From: Raillietiella orientalis
Lineage: Eukaryota
Direction: 5' to 3'
Length of the DNA: 64,000 bases
Assembly: GCA_036172245.1 (NCBI GenBank)
Contig: JAYWIR010000032.1
Span: forward strand, 806,001 to 870,000
Part shown: piece by piece, positions 37,267-49,200 of the stretch
Numbering within the stretch: the stretch's first letter is position 1
Layout of the letters: each line of letters begins with the position of its first letter
Position numbers and translations under genes: made by a program
Notes under the pieces: model-generated
Seen by the model: the letters and a program-made list of their open reading frames with translations, nothing else
Told to the model about the DNA's origin: nothing
The model's database searches: none

Positions 37267-40200
37267 CTGGAAAGAGCAGAAAGGTGAGCTGTGGCTGACT
37301 CTCACGCACGCGCGCAGTACACGTGCAGCCAAAACCCTGCGCGCGCGCGAGGTGGCTTCCCGGAGCTATCCGAGCCGCCGGACGGAAGGCCAGCCAGATG
37401 GCGGTCGCTCTCGGTTCCTTTCTAACGGGCGGGTGGCCCGTTCCAGACGCGAACCATCAGAGAAGGGAAGCGCGCAGCAGGAACTCCGGACTGCTTCCTT
37501 ACCCGGGTCTTTCGCGCACTGGAGGATGCACTGCATGCGCTTTTCTGCCGTTGTTTCCTGTGGCAGAGAAGTGCTCCTGCGGTCGGTTGGTAAACCAACC
37601 GGTTTCCGCGGAGCCGCTTACTGGTCGTCCCGGCGCCCGCTTCCGGGCTTCATCTTGGCTAGGAACGCACGATCCACAGCTTGAGGACCTTTCAGGACAT
37701 TTCAGCAGAACAAGATTGATGGCCCTGCAGCTCGTGGTTCGGACCACAGAAAAACGTCATCTGGTGGGCTCTCCCGAACGACGGAAGAGGAGAAGAAACC
37801 CAGAAATCGAGAACACTCTTCCCAGAGGAAGCTCGCAGCTTCATCAGAGGGCTACCTCAGCGACAATCGTGATCTTGAGAGTGCAGAGCTTCAGCTCGCG
37901 TTGGCGGCTGTGCGGCTGCGGCGCGGTCCGCTCGTGGTACCGAGCGTCACGGGTTCGAATCCCACCCGGGGAAGGATCGACGCCGAGAAATGAGTGTGTC
38001 GTGGGTTTCGAATCCCACCCCCACACACAAAGACAGCGATAGTTGGCCATATGGGTACAGCTTTGGCGGAAGCCCGAAACCGGTTGTCCTCGCTGCGTGG
38101 CCGGGATTCAAAGTTGAGTCCGGAATCATTCAAGGAATCAAGGTGTCGCGGTTGCTTTCAAGGTTCCCCTTTGGCTGAGAAGATGGAGCCATACCATCGC
38201 ACACCATGGAGCTGGCTGATACTGCCCTCGGGGGTTCGCCTCTCCAGAGTGTAAGAAGCGCGCTTCAGGGTTCTCTTCCAAAAAGGAAACAGGGAGCGGT
38301 TTCCTTGCGGGTGCCCTTCGGAGACGATAATCAGGATCGCATCCTTTCCGATTTCTTTCCAGAGGCAACCAGGGCGAGGGTTTACTTTGGGATTTCCCTA
38401 CCCAGCGTGAGAGGAACGGCCTCCTTCCTTCGGAACCTTCCTGGATTCATGGAATGGTCTCCTCATGGGGTGCCCCCTATAACTTGAAGAGTAACCCACA
38501 CTCCCAGGTGACGAGGACAGTGGTAGAGAGCTTCATGAGCCCGTAGGCGAACAGTTCTTGAGTACTTGGCGAACAAGAAGAAAGAAAATTTGAGGGGAAA
38601 AAAAAAGGCCGCAGGGGAGGGCACTGCAGAGCGCCACGGCAGGCATCTGTGTCGTGGAGCTCTGAGGCAGGAAGCCTTCTCAAGGTGTTACTCGATCCGA
38701 TCTTTGGATGCCGTCTTAAATCGCGCCAGCATCCTCTGAGGACCAGGCGATCGCTCTTGTGATGGTCGTCTAGTTGACGAGTGTTGATGGCATTCCGCCG
38801 CGACCCGTTAATTGTAAACGTAACGTACGCTACAATTTTTCCAAATTCGTGATTCGGTCAGTGAGAGCACCCAAATTGTTACGGAAAGAACTCATCCCAA
38901 GTCACGCTGAACACAGAGAGTCCGCGGCGACGGGAGAGCTGCTGCCACGCTTGCAGGGGGCGGCAGCACAATCTCAAACCCGAACAAGGGAGAACCTCGA
39001 GACGGGTGGAAGGAACGGTCCGAGGTGGAAGGTTTCGAAAACGAGGTGTACGAAAGGGTGACGCAGGTGGAAAACGGAATGCCACTTGAGTCAAATACGG
39101 GGATCCTGGACGAAGCTTCCCCTGCCCACGCCTCGCACCGCTGCGCGACGACGGGAACGGAGAAGTCCTTCCGGCTTCGTGAGCCGGGTGAAACTCGTTG
39201 CCAGGAAGCGATCCGGACAGCACCCGAAGGCTCCCTGAGTCACTCATCAGAACCACTCCGTCGATCACGGTCCCGCGAAATCCTCCGGCGGAAAGGCGCT
39301 CCACGAGTTGCCACAGTCCCGGTTTGCTTGCACGCTTCAACAATGCGTCGTGACGTCAACAGCCGTGCCGGCTCACGAGGGAGCTCATTTCCGCTCACGA
39401 GGGCTCACTCACTTCCTCCCCTTATGGCCTGCGGACTCGGAAAAGACACTCTCGGAGGGAAGGGGGGGGGAGCTCAACATTGGACCATCTGTGTGCATAT
39501 TCACCTGACAAGATGCCTGCTGTTTTTTCTTAGACCGGTCCATCATGGGGAGAGGAGTTTTGCCAGCTTGTCTCTCCAGGTCTCCCTTTGAACAAAAGAC
39601 GAAAAATTTTAGCAAGCCATCTGGAAAACCTTTCAGTAATGCATTATGATTCAAGGAAGGTCCTCAGATTGATCCCGTGCAATTCCTCAAATCGAACAGG
39701 ATGAGAAGATGAATAATTTTCAGTTCATGAATTCAGAGTTCAGAGATCAAAGATCTTCCTTGAAGCGCAGTCTGAATCCGTTCAGATGATCGAAAATTCT
39801 AATCTGCAATTTTCTCGCACTCTTTCCCTATCGGTCTTGGAATGATCATTTCCGGGAAGATGAAAAAAATAAAAAGAAAAGAAAAAAGAAAAGGAAACCG
39901 CGACCACTTTCTACAAGACTCTTCGCCTTCGTCATGCATCACCTTGTGCTGCGAATCTCTGCAAAGAGCTTCAACCCCCCTCCCCCGGCTGCGCTCTCAC
40001 CTGTTCATAAAATTCTTGAAAAATGACCTTCGCGATGCTTTCCTGAACATCCCAAGACTTGAAGCTGGCGCAGAGATCACAGGCCGTCATGGTGATCGCC
40101 TGCACGTAAAGCCTGTGATGTACAAGGGCGTGGGGGGAGTCTGCGTCAAAGCTACGAACGTACCGATTCTCTCCATTGCTCCAGGAGAACTGATTTTCCT

Positions 40201-43200
40201 CCAAGCACTTTGACAGTTTGGACCTGTAGGGGAAAAACAGTGCGAGATCCGTCGCTAGGATACAGTGCTTGATGTTTCCAAGGACCTGCTTGTACTCCTT
40301 TTCGGAAAGATTAGAGAAAATATTGTGTTTGTCCTGGATACAAACGTAGTTTCTCCGAAACAACTTTCATCACTTCCTTGCCTGCTGAAGGATCGTGACG
40401 GTTTGATCGAAATGATGGTGTTCTAATGGCGACGTACTGTACATGGCAGCCAATGGGCTCGCCGTATCCAAAAGAAATTTGTTGCTTCTGCCTCTGTGGT
40501 CCAGGTCGTGGCAGAGAGCACTAACGAACAGTGACAGTTGCTAGGGACAGAGAAAGTCCTTACTACGACCCAGGTAAACAAACGGTGCGCGCGCGTGCAC
40601 GCGTCCGGCAGATGGCTACCCTTTACCTCCAGTGTTTTGAAGTAGCTCCCATTCTGTTTCATGATGGAGTACATTGCATGGGCCACAGAAAAGCCGTGCG
40701 TCCAGTTGTGATATGGAACTCTTCGATAGTTTTTCTGAACTGTGATAGTAAAACGAATTACGGAATCCAGGTCAAAAATGGATGTTCCAAAAAGATTCTG
40801 GAACATGAATACAGTGATCCTTTGTTTTTCTAAGTCATCTAACACGAGAGGATTGAGGTAATAACTGGAATTATAAGAGCACGCAAAAATTTGTGATTGC
40901 CAGCACTCTTATCAGAACAGAAAACAACAAAGTAGAAATAGCAAATAGAGTAACGCGGTCGTCGAACGAAAGTTTCTAAAAATCATTTCGAGTTTCGAGT
41001 CATCCCAATTTGTTTTTGGCACGCCATCCATCACAAAATCGGCGCTGTCTGCTTTGGACTGGGCTTTTCAGTACCTTAACTTTCGCGCCCCCTAAAAAAC
41101 GAACGCAGCCTGCCCCCGGAAACCCTGGATCTCCGCTAACCTGAAGAATTCCTTGAAATTCTTCCCCACGCCAACTGCGCGATTCCTTCCAGAACCGAAA
41201 GAGTCTGTTCATAAAATTCTTCGCCCGGTTCTAGAGGGAATCTTTTCTTCTCTCCACGAATACGGACACCAACGAACCCTGCAGATCAAATCGCCTGCAT
41301 CCTTCGGAGCTTCGCAGTCAGACCCGACCAGTCCTCAAAGGACTGCTCAAGATCGGTTGCAACTCTTGAACTTCCCGGAAGTTGAAATTAACTGCGGTCC
41401 AATTAGGAAAACGTCAATTTCTGATTTTCGGTGTTTTGGAAATGATGATGAAAGTGCGAGCAGAACGTTAGGACTGCGACGCAACGAAACGAATTCCCTT
41501 CGACCCCTCCTCCACATGCAAGGAGCGCGCGCCGCTCGCTCAGATGTGCTCTCGCACGCGCCCCCACAGCATTCCGGGCCCGCACAATGAAAAGAGAGAA
41601 TGTCGGGGTACCTACTTGTCGTATCCTGGAGTGTCTATAGGAATGTGGTTTTCGTCGTTCTTCAGCACTTTGAAGTCGTTCTCGGAGCAGGTGATGTGAT
41701 AGGAAAGAACCTCCAAGGCAACCTTGTACTTCTGCTCGGATCTGCGGATCTTGTCGTACAGCTTGGCGTGATGAAGCGCGAGTCCGCAGTAGGTGGAGAA
41801 GGTCGCGAAGGCTTCTTCGTCTTCCTGGAAATGCCGGGTTTCTTCAGAGCAGGGAGGCGAGAAGAACACCTCATCCTACTTTGGTGAATGTGCCGCTTTT
41901 CTTGTTGACCATCTGGACCACGCCTATTATGGACCCATGAAGGAGTATAGGCATGCAGAGTATCGTCTGGGTGATGTATCCCGTCTGCTGATCCACCGAG
42001 CTGTTGAACCTGGGGTCTGAGTACGCATCCGGTATGTTCAGCACCTGACCGGTCTGAGCAACGTGTCCTGCTATGCCTTTTCCAATAGGAAACCTTGAAA
42101 GAGTACAAATTTCGTTCGAAAGGCGATCAGCAACCATGGGAGCTTTTTTCGAAATCTTTGGGGGAAACAGCATCGCGATGTTGCACAACCCTCCTCCGCC
42201 GGAAAAGGAACACCCAACCCTCTCTCTCTCCACGCAACGGCACAATGCATCAACCGCTCGGAAAATGGCATATTCTTACTTCATACTGCTGCCGGCCCGC
42301 GTCGCATTCGGCAATAACATATGAAAAAAAAATTTTTCCCAGATATATGTTGCCAGCCGATGGACAGCTGTTTGATCTTCAAGGAATTCTTTTTCTGACA
42401 TTGCCTACTTTTAGGTGGATTCTGTCCGCATGAAAGGATCTCATCATTGAGCTCTTCCGTTTTAGAAGAACCCGGAACTTTGAAGACGGACCTCGGAGAC
42501 ATAATCCTTCCGAAATTACTCTTGGACGAACCAGCGCGGAGACCGATCCTCACATGCTTTTTTATCCAAGCAACATCAAGTCGTGCGCTTCGCGGATTCG
42601 GAAGCCATCGGAAACCATGGTTCCAGCATCCGCGGGAGAGAAAATTCTCCGGTGTTGGGCACGTCGAAAAGTGGAGAGATGGTTGACTAGAAGACCAAGG
42701 ACCGACAACTTCCTCGACGGATCAGCGCAGGGTATCGCAGCCTTTGATTTCAATACGCGCCTGGAGAAAACCGAAAAAACCATTTCCCTTCCCCCCTTCT
42801 TCCCCCTCTTCCTTATGATGAAAGAACTCCCCCCTCAAGCCGGCAGCCCAGATGGAGTTTTTGAAAACATTCCCAACTATACGCAATTCCGTCTCGGTAG
42901 ACCTTACCGGTCTGGATACTGCCGCTACGCAAAGTTGGTTGGTCTCAAGATTGAACACCTCCTGAACATGCGGTCACATAGGGCAGTCGAAGCAGCTTTT
43001 GCCGACGCGCAAGAAATGAATAAGGCGACTCGAAATCCTTGCCGCTCCTTGCCGACTATCGACCTTCGGTACGCGCGAAGGCGGGAGGGAACTCGCGTGG
43101 GACGGTGAAACGAGAGTAAAATCCGGCATGTGAACCATGATGTGTCCTGTCCCTCCCGTTTTTGCTTGGACATCCTTAGGGAAAAACATCCAAGGAGGGC

Positions 43201-46200
43201 TGTTCGTGCTTCCTCGCACGGAAGCACGAACGCCTCTCCTTTCCGACTACTCTTCCGAGATCCAAGCGTCCCCACCACTCTCTTCTACAAGGCACACAGT
43301 GGGATTGCACGTGCCGTTTCCCCCTTCGGTTCAACTCGAAATCCCTCCTTCCCAACACGCAACACGCAGGAGCTTTCCTGAGCGCCTCAGCTGCTGAGGG
43401 ATTCCGTACTTTTTGCCGGGGACAGAAACCCGCAGGAACAGGAAGTTCCACAACACTATCAGGAAAAAGCCCGTGAGCACGGTTTCCAGGTGCCCTGGGA
43501 ACTGCATGGGTCTTGGCAGCTCACTCCCGCCGGCTCATTGGGCAGCCGCGTCCCCTGCTCATGTGCATGCTTCAGCCATCAGGCGACTCCTGCTTCGAAA
43601 GTGGACACGCTTCCCTCCCGGCACGGTTGGGACGTTCGTTCGAAGATTCAGTGAGTGCGCCGAATGCCAAAAGTGATTGCACTCATGAAGCTGACGCGTT
43701 CAAAGTCCGACGTACCGTCGGAAGAGAGGTCGAATCCGAAAGCACGCAAAGAAAAACTGAGAATTCCTCGCTAGCATTCCAGGATCGGAGCATCTGCAAA
43801 GGGCAAAAGGGAAGTGAGTCGGTGGAGGAACTGAGTCACGCGTCTGCGTGACCAGTAGCCAGCGAGAGCCCCCTGCGGCAAGTAGGAACCTCCCTATTTT
43901 GTTGTAGCGAAACCTCCGGTTGTTATAGATGGATTTCCGTCTTGCCTGGCTTTCTTTCCAGAGCACCGTTCTGGAAGCCGTGGATATCCGAGAACATCAT
44001 TCCAAGCCAACATCGGGGTGTTTGCAAAAAAGACATCCGGTGGGTTTCGACGCCTGACTTCTTCCCTTCCGGTGAACTCAGTCCTCTTCTCTTGATGCTC
44101 ACTTTATTTGCTTCAGTTTCTTCTTATCTGGAGTAGATGAGAAATCCTTTCTTTCCCACTGTCTCCCTTTTGTCGATTTGGACTCTCCGCCGCTTGGACG
44201 TGCATTTTCCTTGCAGCTCAATAGGGAGGATTTCCGTCTTCTTGGAAAGCTTCATCGTTTCATGGATCTTTTCTTCTTCGCTCATTCCTCAGCTGGCACA
44301 AAAGCGCCGTTTCTTCTCCCTTGCGCTCACATTAAAGATGTGAAACATCTACAAATGATCCCTAAATGGATCTCGAGAAGAATAACGCTGCTACTGCCGG
44401 TTCACCGTAAGGACTCAGGTCCAAAGCTCATCAAGCACAGAAGAAAGATATAAGATGGAGATGGACACTTTTGATGAAATGGATTGAGCAGGCAAAACGA
44501 GGTAATGAAATCACCTCAGCAAAGCAGCGCTGGATGCGAGCCCTGCAATGATTGTTTCTTCCAGGCGATTCGAACTGCTGCAGAACCTATTCTCTTTGCT
44601 CTGGAATCTCTCAGTGAGGTCCTCAGAATGTGCCCACTTGCCCGGGAACTCTCGCGACCAGCAGAGATGCCAACAGCCTGCTGTCTATCCGGATAGGGAT
44701 GTCCGAATAAGTTTCCGTCTTGCCGGGAACATGGGCGCTGCTTGCGGGATACGTCGATCGCTGGGGATGGGTGCTTCCTTCAGCAAATTTCTATCCCCAG
44801 CCAAGGCAGACTCCACGGACTCTTGTTCACAGGCTCCGGATAAGGGAATGCTTCCTCCTGCTGCACGAGGCATGAGGCTGTGGCACCAAGAGCACCCTGT
44901 TCTGAGCACCCTGAGCCGGGGATTCTCCAGGGAACCGCAAGATGAAGGTCCCTCTTGCGAAGAGAAACGGCTGGGCACGTGAGGCACCTTCTCGGCTCAC
45001 AGACTTGAGACTTCCAGGCACACAAAGAGCTTCAGAGAGTGAATCTGGAGGTCACGCAAAGCTTACAGTCTGCCCAGAAAGCGAGGAACGCAGACTTTGG
45101 AAAGTCAAGAGCATCACCGGATCTCATGATGACCTCGAATTCTCAGGAATCGTTCGGAATTTCATTTTCAGCTTCTCCTCCGCTGCAGGATTAATTTCCC
45201 CAGGGATTTCCATCCAGGATTCACGAATTCAGTACCTCGCATCCTCGTGCGCTACAAGCAAAAAATTGCCGAGATCCCGTGGAGGAGGCTGGAAGCAACC
45301 TGCCTCGATTGTCCCTCGTCGGAGACTACAGCCAGGGTCCATTGCATCACTGATTGCAGCGGATCCATCTCACAGAACACCCGCCAACACCTGCCAACTC
45401 GTGCGCATTCGGCTACTCTCCCCTGCGAAGCGGGCAAGAAAGCACGTAGGGAGTTCTTCAAGAGATCAATTAGCTGGGCTTCTGCCCACGATGGCAGCTA
45501 TGATGATTTAATTAAGAATTCACCATGGAAGCAAGAAAACGCATCAACGCGACGGCAGAGGGAAGCGGAACGCCGCGGGTTCTCGGCGACAAAGGAAGAT
45601 CAGGGCGGCACGGGCAGGTTCTCACAAAGACGTTTCCGTTCTGCTGCTGCGAACTCCAGGTACTTCTCGGGATGAGGCATGGCCGCCTCCGAAAACTTCT
45701 CCGCGCCCCATGGAGAAAAACCTCTTTGGAGGAGCCGCTCGGTACGGTCGTCTCCCGTGAACCGAAGACTCTTCCAGGAGAAACGGTGCGGCCAAGCACG
45801 ACGAAGGGAGAGTCTCCACCGGGAGCTCTGATCTGGGAGCGCTTCACGGGTCCGAGTAGCGCCTGGAGCGTGCTGACCAGCGGGAAAGAGGGGAACGCGG
45901 AAAGACGTAGTCGGGAAGAGCAGCGGCGCATCTTTCCTGGGCATCGTCGACGGCAAACTCGCCCGCTCGCGGGAGTATCAGAGAAAAGATCTCGGCGTGC
46001 GAAGAAGAGGCAAACACGACACTTGGGTGCCGCAGTAAACAAATGCTCAAGGGAGAGTTCATTCGATGCAGCTGCGTAAAAGATGCAGAAGAATGTGTTT
46101 ATGCACCACCGATCTGGGGAAATTTGCCCGTTCTTCGCAATTCGGAATTCAGTTTCATGCTCCCAATTTTTTTGTTTTTTTTCCACCCTTCCCAAATTTA

Positions 46201-49200
46201 CTTCGTTTGCCAGCCACTCTCCGGCTCCAGGAAACTGTGGAGCCGCGTTTCAGGCGTGCGTCGCAGAAACTTCGTGGCAAAGGAAGGCAGATCGCAGAAG
46301 GAAAATTTTCTTTTTTTAGAAGGACCCACGAGGAAAGAGATCCGAACTTGGATAGGGAGACCATCGGGTTTTTTTTTTTTTTTTTTCATTTCTCTCCGTG
46401 GAGACAACGACTCGTTCGCTCTCCTTAGCCACACACGGAGGGAGGTACGGATCCATTGATTGCTGTCAGGTGGAGGTGCATCCATCAAAAGTGACTTTCC
46501 TTGATTTGGAGAATGGCGGCCCGAATTCGGGGCTGCCTCGAAACATGGCAGCCTCCGTGGAACCGCCCCGAGAGCATCGGGCGCAAGAGTTCCACTTTTC
46601 CGTTGGAAGACGCACAGAGTTTCCGGACAACAACAAAAAAGAAAAAAAAAAAAAAGATCGCGTCTTCCTGTGGGCGAAGTCGTGGACTGCTGCTGTTCCG
46701 TACGGTGAGCGGATCGCCTCGCCGCCGAGGAAAGCACGGATCGTGGCAGACGCTTTCCGCCTCCAAAGTGCACAGATTCCCCGAAGCGGGAGAGAGAGAG
46801 AGAGAGAGAAAAAAAAAAAAACTCTGCCAGGCGTTCGCCCACGATCCCGGGAGCGCGGCAGCTCTTCGGGGATTCAGCGGAACGCGAAGCTCCGCCACCT
46901 CGCACGTGCGCGAGCAGGACACGTGAGCGGACCACCGCTTCGGGAAAGCGCGCGGAGAAAACGGTCTGTGCGCGCGTGCGTGTGCGTGGCACCCCCGTCT
47001 CTCCTGCGCGCAGACCATGCGCGCAGGCGCGTATATTGCATTACCGCATGCGCCGACTGCAACCGAAAATTCGCCCTCTGAAAACCCGGCTGTCAGCAGC
47101 AGCACTTAAAGAGAGCGACCCGGCGTGGTCTTTCATTCACTCAAAGAGGGAAACCCCTTTCGTTTCGTTCACTCCATCGCTTTGGAATGAATGGCTTTCG
47201 AAAAGAATAAAAATCCCCGGAATGGAATTTGCGACCGGACAAGTCGGACAAGCCCCTCGTTCACAAATCGCAGACGTACGAACCGAATTTCCTGCTCTTT
47301 GCCGGCATTTTCCTTATGCACCGATCCATCATCTTCTTTATCAGAGATGTCTGCTCGGATGTCGAATATTCTGGCGTACAGCTCGTGGTTTTTGTGATCG
47401 ACTAGGAAGAGAGAGGCGCGGTCTGCGTTGACCAGCTTCTGGGCGAAAATCATCACTTTTCTGATCAGGGTGTCCATGCTGACCATGTCTTGAAATATGG
47501 AACTGGAATAAAGAGTAAAGATGTTCTTAAACACGGAACGCTTCCTGGGTTCTGGAATGCAGCAAGACGCGTGATCTCTTTTTTCCTAAGGCTTTCAGCT
47601 CAGCCGCAAGCAAGAACAGGGTCTTTTGCTTTGATATCGGTTTCTTTTATCTATGCATGAAGAGAACAAAAACAGCAGGTCACACCGTAGACAAAAGGAA
47701 GTCCAACCGGTTTGTCTTGAAAGATCGGTAAGTGTAAGACCAATCTTTCTTACGCTCTGAACCATGACCTGTTCCTGTTCACGGAATTCTAATCCGTATC
47801 TTTTTCCTTTGTCTTGACTTGTAGGCTGCAAATAGGCTACTTAGAAACGGGCTATTTAGAAGGATGTAGGCTGAGGAGAATGGAAAACAGCAAGGCAAAC
47901 CGAAACGATTCGCGTTCCACGCACAGCCTCTCCGAGGGGAACGCGAAGAAGCAGCAGCGATTGCTCGACTCAGGCGGGCACTTCCGCAAATGGAGCAGAC
48001 AAGGCGGCAGTACGGATGCTCTTGGCGAAGGACAGGAAGCGCGAAACAGGAAGTCCCACCGCGACGCGTGGGCATTTCCGTACCCGCGTGCCCGTGCCAA
48101 AGTGTGCAGGAATGAAAGAGCGAGCCGTTTCAAAGTCCTCGCCGAGGAAGGCACCGAAAAATGTGAGCAGAAAACTACAACTGAAGACAGCAGGAATTAC
48201 TTCCCGTCGTTGGGTAATTTTTCGACAAGAATCTTTGACTGTAGTGAGCAGAACTGCGTCTTTGAGCAAACCTTACCAATGATGCTGGGATTTTGTTCAG
48301 GGAACTGTACAGGGCGGAAACACGAGCGCGCCATCCGAATCAGCCTCGCACACATTCCAGAGATCACACCACAGCTGGTGGAATATACCACGCACCAAAG
48401 CTGGTCCACATGAACGGAAACCAAGCTCGAACAAAATGCCATTTTCCTCAGCTTCCCAAAGCCTGCTTGCCACAAAGAGGTGCAGTTTCCCAGGTGCCTG
48501 GAGTCAGACTCTGCCTGCAGACGTCACACGGTTTAACCCTTTGGGTGCGGAGGCCATCAGATTCATACGTTCTGTGTCGACGGTACGCGAGTGGCAGCTG
48601 CGACCTCCGTGGACGGAACGCTCTTTCGCGTACCGCGTGCTCTGTCGAGGCACCGGTTGACTTCATAAAGTGTTTCTTTACACTACATTAAATATAATAT
48701 TTTCATCTGTCCCAAACGTATAGTATGAGTTTAAAAATTATGATCATAATTCGAGTAAAATCAATGAGTCGTTCACATTTTTAAGGTGTCACAAAGATGA
48801 AAAACTATAATTCTGTACGACACCGAGGAAAAAAGGAACAGTTACTCGATATAAACAGAGTTTTCCTTTACCATCGTGTTATTAAGGGGATTCTAAGATT
48901 CTAAGTGCATGTGCCCATCTCGAGCATTGGTAGGGTTAGCTTTTGAGGATAAGGTAAGGAAAACATTTGCCAGACTCATAGGTGCGTCCATACCACTCAA
49001 AAGGACAATCCTCTGCAGCATTTTTCCCTACTGTTCTGATTGAAGTGAAAATGAATGAATGAAATTTCCTCCGCAAATGAATCCTCAGACGGAATGACTG
49101 CGCTCTTGACGACAGCGACGAAAGATGGAAGAGTCTGGTTCGTAACTCTCGAGGAGGGAAACAAGAACCGTGATGGGGGAAACGGGAATTCACATTTCAA

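Noticed and set aside
37905..37975. tRNA gene (also at 58255 and 62585)
   Set aside because: Only T-arm/B-box and one hairpin are present. There is no convincing acceptor stem, D-arm or oligo-T terminator, and the motif is part of a diverged repeat.
46198..47105. Longest ORFs in the track (264, 227 and 206 aa)
   Set aside because: They overlap on both strands, run through poly-A and GA tracts, and show no recognisable domain; explained by GC-rich, stop-poor sequence.
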